This document shows positions 55,263 through 64,000 of a DNA stretch of 64,000 nucleotides, in pieces. The notes beneath the pieces were generated by a model that saw only the letters and a list, made by a program, of their open reading frames with translations, did no database searches and was not told where the DNA came from. Made by a program: the position numbers and the translations under genes. This DNA comes from Octopus vulgaris (taxonomy: Eukaryota), in contig OX597816.1 of the NCBI GenBank assembly GCA_951406725.2, positions 75,950,001 to 76,014,000 of the forward strand, written 5' to 3'. Positions within the stretch are counted from its first letter, which is position 1. Each line of letters begins with the position of its first letter.

Positions 55263-56399
55263 TTGTCTCTCTGTCTTATATAGTTACGTACACTCATACA
55301 TATACATATTTATACAATTGCATACTAATTTCTCCATGTCAATTACTTTAGAGTATGATTGTATGTGCGTGTATGTGTGTATGCGTGCGGGGTGTGTGTA
55401 CGCGTGCGTATCCGTGTGCGTGTGTATGTATATCCATGTGTGTTTTTACGTGTGTGTGTATGTGTGTGTGTGTGTGTGTGTATGTGCACGTTTGTGTGCA
55501 TGTATTTAGAGTGTTTATTCTTGTTCATGAATTTCTGTTTAGGCTATATTCACTCACACACATGTACACGCATAGCTGTATATATGTATACATATATATA
55601 TATATCTACATGTGTGTTTGTGTGTGAGTGTGTATGTGGGTGAGTGTGTGTATGTGGGTGTTTGTTTGTATGTGTGTGAGTGTGTGTGTGCATGAACATA
55701 TTATACATATATATGTAGACATATATAGAGATAATTACAGCGCAAATATAACGAGAGAACAAAGAATTGCTCGACGTCTAATGAACAAATTGAATTTTCA
55801 AAGCTGTAATATGATAAGATATAAATAATGTCTTAAATAACTTGACACCTCAAAGTTCACATTGCATATAACATGATATGTTCCCCCGTATCGTTTCATT
55901 TAGACCATAGATATTTATACACACGAACAAGCACATACGTATCCATGTACGCACACATACACGCACGTATGCATTCACACATATCGAATTCAAATTATCT
56001 TAGATGAAGAATGCACTTTTCTTATTATGTCTGTGTTAAACTGCTGACATTTGCTTCGAGGCGCGACGGAAAGTGTTATTCCGATGAGAGCAACTTGTGG
56101 TGAAAACATGTTCATAGCTATTTAGCGCCCCTGAAACAAAAAAAAAAAAAGAAAGGAAAAAGAGCAGATGGTGTTCGTTTTTGCCATTTCAATAGAGAAT
56201 TTATTCTTAACTATTTGCAATTATCTTCCCCTTTTCATACATAATCATAAATAATTGCTGTTAGGGAATAAAAGTCCCCGAAAGAAGTTTCATAAGGAAA
56301 ATAAATATCGTATACAGCATTCAGTAAAACTTCCGCTGACTTTGTGATTTAAATTCATGTCACTGGCTTCTGTAACATCCTTTTACTTTTATTTATGCA

Positions 56400-58490
56400 T
56401 AAGAATGATAATATCCAATGCATGAAGCAGAGAGAAATATATATAAGTATACAGAAGATATATATTTACCTTTTTATGTCAATTATGCAAGCGGTATACA
56501 TTAAATATGTCCCAGAAGGAAAGACCAATGAGTACAAATGTATAAATTCCCAAAGAATGGAGAGGTCTTATGACATGTAGAGCACAGTCTGTTAATTGAC
56601 AGTTAAGGTCAATTAAGAGACACTGAGCAATCCTGCCTAATAAGAACATTCCAAGAAACACAGTACAAAATCAGGCATTCTCATGATTGGGAAAAATCAG
56701 AAAGAGAAAATAGAGTTATAAAGGATACCAAATAGATCAGATAGAAACTCAAAACTATAGAGGATATATAAAAAAACACGAAAATTGTCTACAAATTTAC
56801 TCGAGAATCATTCATAGTATATCGCTTACTAAAAAGAATAAGTGAAATACTTAATGAGTTACTCAGAGGTGTTTCCATTTCCCCACTTGAACGCATCCAG
56901 GCAAAGAAGCCAGAGAGGTTCTTTGGCGCAATAATTCTATACAGCAAGCTGATAAGCAACGAATATATCGATATAAAAGAGATATATGTAATATCAGTCA
57001 TAGAGGAAATGAACTGAAATGCATCGAGCCCCGACGGATTTCTTTCAAGCCTTCTAAAAACATGTAAACAAGCCACTCTAGATACTCTTTCAAACTTCTG
57101 GCAAGTGGAAAATCCTTGAAAAATGTTGAAGGAATGTATAATATGCTCTGTGTATAAAAATGGAAGCAGTGTTGTCGCTAAAAATTACAGGCCTGTCTCT
57201 TTGATTTCAAATATCGGTAAAATCTTGGGACGAATTATTTGATCAAAACTGATCAGATTCTTAGAAGAAAATTACTTGCTGGCATTCACCCTGGTAGAAG
57301 CTTCCATACAGCTCTATGACTTGGTGCTAAAACAGTTGCTCAATCATTTGACAATCGACGTTTTATAATATCAGATTAGCGAAAACCTTCGATAAAGTTG
57401 ACTATAGGGTGGTGTGATGCTAACCCGGAAAACGTAGGAGAGTGACTTCTAGACATGTCAAGAGACAGAAACAGAGACAGAAACTCTTTCAGTGAAACAT
57501 CAATTTTAAGTGATATCTCACAGGGAAGTGTCTTGGGATGGGGCATTGCTGTTTGCAGTCGTTCACTCAACTATGTCATCACTTATAGAAACAGCGACTC
57601 TCACCAGATATGCGGTTGATACAAAAGTATTTGAAACAATAAGGAATCCCGGGTGATACTGAAAATCTGCAGCAGGACCTCAATGAAATCTACAAGTCGG
57701 CTCAAGATAGTAACGTTCCCTTTGACGCTTGAAAATTCTGAATTCTTTGCTATCAGGCTACCAACACTTCACAACCAAGTTGCACGGAGTGTAATTACAG
57801 AGTCGCAATATGTACATGACTGGGGAATAGACTTGAGTAATGATGCATTTTTTCATCTACACTTTACCAAAACCGCAATGATGTTCTATGGAAGAGCTGG
57901 ACAGATTCTCAGATCATTCAATGTAACAGAGTAGGAATCCTCTCTGCTTTGGGGGAGGGCATTTATCTCCAGTCGCCTGAACTACTGCTCATAACTATGG
58001 TCGCTAAGCAATATTAACCTAGCAACAGACCAAGAAACATTCCAACAATACATCATGAAGATGCAACAGCTGAGGTACTGGAAGAGACTGAAACAGTAAA
58101 ACTCTACTTCAATGAGAGAAAATAGGAAATTAATGTATTAACCTATACATGGTAAACCCTTGAAGGACTCGTTCCAAACTTCGGTATTGATAACTATATC
58201 AATCACCGAACCGGCATCCTTTGCATAGTCCTGAAGGTCTCACACATACTCACTGAAAACCAAGACTACATAGTGCAACGCTCTAAGGTTCAAAGACATA
58301 CATCTTTTTAATATCTTACAAACACCCATCTACCCTCGAAAACTGATAATTCTAAATGGAATGGATGTAAATATATTCAAGAAGCACCTGGATATTCTAC
58401 TATCTGCAATTGCGGACAAACCACCCTCACAACGAGAAATGCAACTGGGGAAGCATGTAGAAAACTCCCTTATTTTATTGATGAAGTAGT
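56400..58490 (+). mobile_element. Decayed CR1-type LINE ORF2
   Basis: Ordered relics SSPDGF, KNYRPVSLISNIGKIL, LAKTFDKVD, QGSVLG, YAVDTK, SRLNYCS*LWS with many frameshifts. Confidence 0.85.
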
Positions 58491-59250
58491 ACCAATTGCA
58501 TATACCGTGCTCCACTATGGCCACTTGCCTCAGATTGGAACTAATAAAAGAATTAAAAAAAATGACTTTATTTTTCATGACTGAAGCAAACACTTTGCAT
58601 ATATTTCATGACTGCTTCATTCAAAGAATTACCAATAGACATGAAACAAAAATCATAGACAAGTAGCGAAGAGAATATACCAATAACATATAATCATTAT
58701 CACCATCGTTGTCGCTGTCGTCGTCATCGCCGTCGTCAACACTGTCGTCGCCGCCGTAGTGGTCGTCATTATCATCATCATCATCATGGTCATGTTTTCT
58801 GTGCTCACAAGTTGAAAACAATGGATCGCCATATCAGACTTTCTTGTACCGTCCTTAAACATTATTCAATATTATGCCTGTCCAATTTTTTATATTGTCC
58901 CTCCGCATTATTCTTCATTTACCCATCTCTCTCTTTCTCTCTTTTCTTTCATTTCACCTTTTCTTCACAGTGTCTGTAACACATAACATCATTTTTTTTT
59001 AATTAAGTGTCCTAAGTATCATAGTTCTTTTTTCTCTTTGTTGGTGCCTAATAAAATTTCTTACTTTCCGCTGTTGCAAGTACTTCATCATCGCTTTTAT
59101 GTCTTGTCCATGAAATTCTCAAAAGTTTTCTCTATGCCCACGTTTCAAAGACTTGCAATCTATTCGGTAGTACTTATTCTAATTTAACTCTACAACTCCA
59201 TATATAAATGTATTAGAAAATACGATTGTATCTACACACACCACACACAG

Positions 59251-59319
<69 letters not shown>

Positions 59320-59476
59320 CGCACACAGACGCATATATGCGCGCACACAGATCTATACACATATGTGTGTTTGTATGCAAATGAACATATACATATATGC
59401 GATAGAAGCAGATACATATGTAAATATGTGTGTGCATGTATATATATATTTGTGTATGTTTATATATATATATATA

Positions 59477-60720
59477 TCAGGTCATCCCATAAGTTCTGTC
59501 CGAATTTTGAATAAAGAAAACAAGTGATCAGATGTTATATTTAATTGAAATTTAATCATCAACGTACTTTCCTTGATTATCTGACTTCCTTCCATCTATT
59601 TACAAGCTTTTTTAATCCAATCAATGTAAAACTCTTTTTGTTTCAAAGTGAAGAACTCTGAAATGTCAGTTTCGACCTCCTCCTAACTTGCGAAAGTTAT
59701 GTCCCCCAAATAGTTCTGTAAACTACGAAGCAAATGGTAGTCTGAAGGAGCAAGGTCGGGACAATAAATTGGATGATATGATCTTTGCATTGTGGGGTCG
59801 CGCATCGTCCTGCTGAAACATCACTCCTTTTCGGTTCACTAAAGCGGGACTTTTTCTTCAAAACTTGGTTCAAACGTTCTTATTGCTGAAAGTAGACTTC
59901 AGCATTGATTGCTGCATTAGGTGATAACAATTCAAGGTGAATTACTCCTTTGCAATCCAACCAGATAGAGAGAAGAACCCTTTTCCCATGAAGTTCCTTC
60001 TCCGTTTTTGTTGAATTTTTTTCCCTTTTACCAAGCCACTGTTTACGACATTTGACATTTCTATAGAAGATCCATTTTTCGTCATCAGTCGCAAGTCTAT
60101 CCAAAAAGGGTGAAATGAATTCACGAGAATGGAGAAAAGAGCAGATGTCATCTCGGGATTTGCGGTTGCTTTAGGACAATTCATGAGGCACCCATTTTCC
60201 AAGTTTAGGAACCTTTCCAAGTTGTTGAAGATGACGATGAACAGTTGTATGGTTTGAACTAGGTTTTATTGCCACTTCTTCCACTGATAATGCAGGATTT
60301 TCTTCAAGTAATGCCTCAAGGAGCTTATCAAACTCAACTGGACGTCCTGTTCGATCTTCATCTTCAAGGCTGAAATCTCCACTTCTGAAATTTGCAAACC
60401 ATCTTCTGCAAGTTCTTTCATTCAAGCATTCTTTTCCATAAACTGAGTGTATGTTTCGAGTCGCATCGGCTGCAGAGTTTCCGTCTTTGTACTCATATGC
60501 ATTATGTGCCTGAATTGCTCTTTGGATACTTCCATGTTAGAAAGGGTTTTCATCAAAGAAATTTTAATTCTATTATTCTGTAAAATAATATTTAATTAGT
60601 TTAAATGTACACAAATACATAAAGATAATTTATGATTCCATTAGACATTCTAAAGTACTATTAAATTTCATTCAATTTTAAAATAAGGTAAAATCGGACA
60701 GAACTTATGGGATGACCTGA
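59477..60720 (-). mobile_element. Full-length mariner (DD34D) transposon with decayed transposase
   Basis: Perfect 27 bp TIRs TCAGGTCATCCCATAAGTTCTGTCCGA, TA on both sides, 1244 bp. Transposase pieces: RRWFANFRSGDFSLEDEDRTGRP, WVPHELS, TDDEKWIFY, DDARP, PDLAPSDYHL. Confidence 0.95.
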
Positions 60721-60772
<52 letters not shown>

Positions 60773-60789
60773 TATACATACACATATAC

Positions 60790-61015
60790 TTTCCTTTATT
60801 CTTTTATTCTTTTACCCATTTCAGTCGTTTGACTGCAACCATGCTGGAGCTCCGCCATGAAGTGTTTTTGTCGAGGCAATTCGCCCCCAGGCCTTACTTG
60901 TAAGCCTAGTATTTATTCTATCGGCCGAACCGCAAATTTACGGGGACAAAAAACACACCATCACCGGTTGTCAAGCGATGATGGGGGATCAATATCAAGT
61001 ACAAAGACCCCCCCC

Positions 61016-61051
<36 letters not shown>

Positions 61052-61190
61052 GACGGTTTCCTTCAGTCTCCGTCTACCAAATTCATTCAAAAGCCACTGG
61101 TATAGTAGCTATAGTAGAAGACACTTGCCCAAGGAGCCACGCAGTGGAACCGAACCTGGAACCATGTGGCTGGGAAGCATGCTTTTCACA
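60790..61190 (-). mobile_element. SINE family B copy with internal (TA)n
   Basis: Colinear with 12010-12400. Confidence 0.85.
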
Positions 61191-61574
61191 CACGCACACA
61201 CACACAAACACACACACATAAATTTATATCTCAAAGAGCCTATATATTAAGTCGTCTCACATGAAATGCATTTTAAATGGGTTTCTTATGAGTCATCTGC
61301 AAATGGATTTTTAATGAGTTTCTATATGCTTGTGTTTACTTTAAAGATGACATATTCTTTGAAGATGGAATATATGCCTCAGGTGAGCGTTGGATGAAGG
61401 TCATAAATGAACAAGGATCATATTTTGATTAAATAGATAAATATTCTAAAACTTAAAAAACAAGTTTAATGTTTCCTTTTTCAAATGCGCCATTTTCACA
61501 CAGACAGAAGAGCTCATGAGCAGTCATTGGCCATCCAACAATATATGTACTTGTGCATGTATGCATGTATGTAT

Positions 61575-61850
61575 GCGCGGGGAAGGGGAAATACCTGGGC
61601 TGGTATCCAGGCGCGCGGTAGGGCCACTGGGAGTGGAAGACCCCTATTGTTATCACAACATGTCTCTAGGAGAGGGAAACTCTGAGAGAAAACCTGGAAC
61701 ACTGACAATATTCCATGATGTAGACAAGTTCTTTTCAAGTTTATGTTGTCCATGTTCAGAGAGTAGGATTAGATTTGTGCACATCCTTTCCCCACAATAA
61801 AAAAATCATCATGTACAGGCATCGCTTGGAAGAAGGTAAGACCTATCATA
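61575..61850 (+). mobile_element. Possible RTE-type LINE 5' UTR fragment
   Basis: Motif TCTAGGAGAGGGAAACTCTGAGAGAAAACC resembles RTE 5' UTRs (from memory); no coding confirmation. Confidence 0.3.
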
Positions 61851-62014
61851 AAAATGGCTGGTCGAAGCCTTCGGATGTGTGGGACTTTCGATCAGACGGT
61901 AGCAATATTCGAACACGTGTTTTCTGTCATCATATATAAATATATATATATGTGTGTGTGTGTTTATATATTCGTTTTGCAAGATTCTTGACGTAAATTC
62001 GTGTGGTGAAACAG

Positions 62015-62288
62015 ATATTGTTGCATTTAGGGGTGATCATGTTGCCAGTTTAGCCAAGGAAAACACACGCTTCACCTTTATTTCATATTAATTGTATTTC
62101 GGTCAGGGTTCTTTCGTTGCACTTCTGTGCCCACATCAGTGGCCCTTTGCTTTCTGATGAGGTTACAGAAGTATGACGAAAGAACTCTGGCCGAAATATA
62201 ATTGATATGAAATAAAGCTATTCAAGTGAACACCAAATATATACTGCGTGTGTTATTGGCTAAACTGGCGACATGAACATCTTCAAAT

Positions 62289-62297
<9 letters not shown>
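62015..62297. mobile_element. Fold-back cassette of two inverted HHR-like terminal repeats
   Basis: Arms 62015-62139 and 62154-62297 are reverse complements. The right arm starts CTGATGA-GGTT...GGCC-GAAA-TATA; the left arm (minus) CTGATGT...GACC-GAAA-TACA. Confidence 0.7.
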
Positions 62298-62363
<66 letters not shown>

Positions 62364-62549
62364 GTTAAATGTTCGAAATGAGGAGTAGATAGATAGCCAA
62401 CAATTGATGAAGGGTCCTTTCATTGTGTTTACTTGTCCTGTTTTCCATTGTTTCTCGTTGTTTACGTATTTCACTCGTTTCTCCCTCGTTTGCGTACGTA
62501 TTTCATGTTATTTGCACAGTTAGCGACGTCCCGTACTCATATATGGTTG

Positions 62550-62604
<55 letters not shown>

Positions 62605-62843
62605 TATATCTATTATTTAAATCTATTATTTAATTGAACGCGATGCGTCCATTTCCAAGTGTGTGTGTACATATATATATATATATATACATAAAAATAA
62701 CTATATATATCTATATGTATGAATTGCGGTGCCCCAGCATGGCCACAGCTCGTGAGCTGAAACTAGATAAAATAAAAATAAATAATATATATATATATCT
62801 TAAAATATATATTTATATTTTAGAAATGGGGACGACCGGTTTA

Positions 62844-62906
62844 TGAGTTTACCTTAGGTTTCCCGTCCATAAAATGTTTAGCTTTGTGGCGTATCATCAG
62901 ATCTCA
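62844..62906 (-). ncRNA. Type I hammerhead ribozyme motif
   Basis: TGAGAT-CTGATGA-ta-CGCCACAAA..TTTATGGACG-g-GAAA-CCTAAGG-TA-AACTCA: canonical core, stem I 5/6 pairs, GUA triplet. Confidence 0.75.
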
Positions 62907-63161
62907 AGAACCTGTTGGCCCAAGACCTCTTAAAAATATGGAGGAGGAATGCTTCTCTACTCAACGTTAACAATTGGAGATTATCTCCCTTTGCAACCAG
63001 CTGTGCCGCCATCTTGTGAGCTCCAGAAACTATCAAAAACCTCCTGAAATATAAACATGGCCCGAAAATTTCTGTTCTGGAGTTAAGGATATTCCCTGGT
63101 TTGAGAGTACTTTAGGATTCTCGCGCCTTCAGCTATGCATAACTTGTTAAAATGTGTATAA

Positions 63162-64000
63162 TTAATATCTAGTAGATATGCCCTTTGCATTTTTCAATGC
63201 AAGGAACCTATTAGGCATGTTAGTATTCAGCTGACGAATGTTCTCTTGATGAATTTTTTGCCGAGTTACATGCAGTAATCTCAAAAGATTTGACTTTGAG
63301 GATGCTTTCTTGTTCTTTTTATGAAGTGTCCTGTCCATTATGCCCAAGAGGTGTTCAGTAGGGTTCATATCTGGTGATTGGCTTGGCCACGGAAGCTTTT
63401 TAATGCCATTCTCTTCCAACACATCTGGGGTCATTTTAACTGTGTGACAAGGAGCCCCATCTTCCATAATAAAGAGTCTTCTTTAATCATTTCCCCAATT
63501 GAGAAGATTGGAAGGAATCCTTTCTGCAATGAAGATATATATTTATCTGAGTTTATGTTTCCCTCACGTTCCACCAGCTCTGATTGACCATTACTCCAAA
63601 TTGCCCCCCAGACCATCACAGAATGGCTGCCATGTTTCATTGTTGGCTACAGTCTTTGCATCTCAAATTCATGATCACAGAGTCTCCAGACCCACACTCG
63701 ACCACTGTCAGAAAATACAGCAAATCTAGACTTATTGGAGAATATGACAGTATCCCTAATTGTTAGTGGTCTCTCCACCATCTCACTGGCCCTATCGTTT
63801 CTCCGCTTGATATAGGCTGGTCGAAGTAGTGGCTTACTTCTTGCTGCTCTGCCATAGTAACCAAGTTTGTAGAGATACCTGACAGTTGTTCTTGGACCGA
63901 TACCAATTTGTTCTGCTGTATCAGAGGCCTTGCAGCGAGGATTATCCTCAACATTTCTCTTAACAAAGAGAAAGGTCGTGTCAGAGGGCCCTGGTTAACC
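63162..64000 (-). mobile_element. Tc1-like (DD34E) transposase pseudogene, continuing past the window end
   Basis: [51 protein letters not shown] in shifted frames. Confidence 0.9.

Noticed and set aside
61575-61680. Possible HDV-like ribozyme in the RTE-like 5' UTR
   Set aside because: I could not build the nested double pseudoknot by eye.
61890-61930. CAGACGG...CGAACACGTGTT hammerhead-like remnant
   Set aside because: Too many core mismatches to support.

Overview
AT-rich, microsatellite-dense eukaryotic non-coding DNA. The repeat spectrum suggests an octopus/cephalopod genome (inference). I found no host protein-coding exon, and almost all listed ORFs are simple-repeat artefacts. The window contains several modular tRNA-derived SINE families; Penelope-like elements (PLEs), including one clear RT-thumb + GIY-YIG fragment at 44.5-46.4 kb; two copies of a Tx1/L1-type LINE set in (TATC)n tracts; R4/Dong-type and CR1-type LINE relics; a full-length decayed mariner (59477-60720); Tc1 and DD37D-type relics; and a tandemly duplicated mariner-type MITE. 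The main unexpected signal is a dense set of about 10 type I hammerhead-ribozyme (HHR) motifs from several sequence families. Most lie in short cassettes inside or next to (TA)n tracts, and some sit in fold-back inverted repeats. The cleanest is a ~100 bp cassette at 42931-43028 that is little more than a ribozyme between two TA arrays. Also notable are a ~2.5 kb CCG/CCT trinucleotide array with internal 360 bp periodicity and stepwise-mutated flanks, and an 80 bp-arm near-perfect palindrome at 50799-50960. All calls were read by eye, so the coordinates of degraded elements are approximate.
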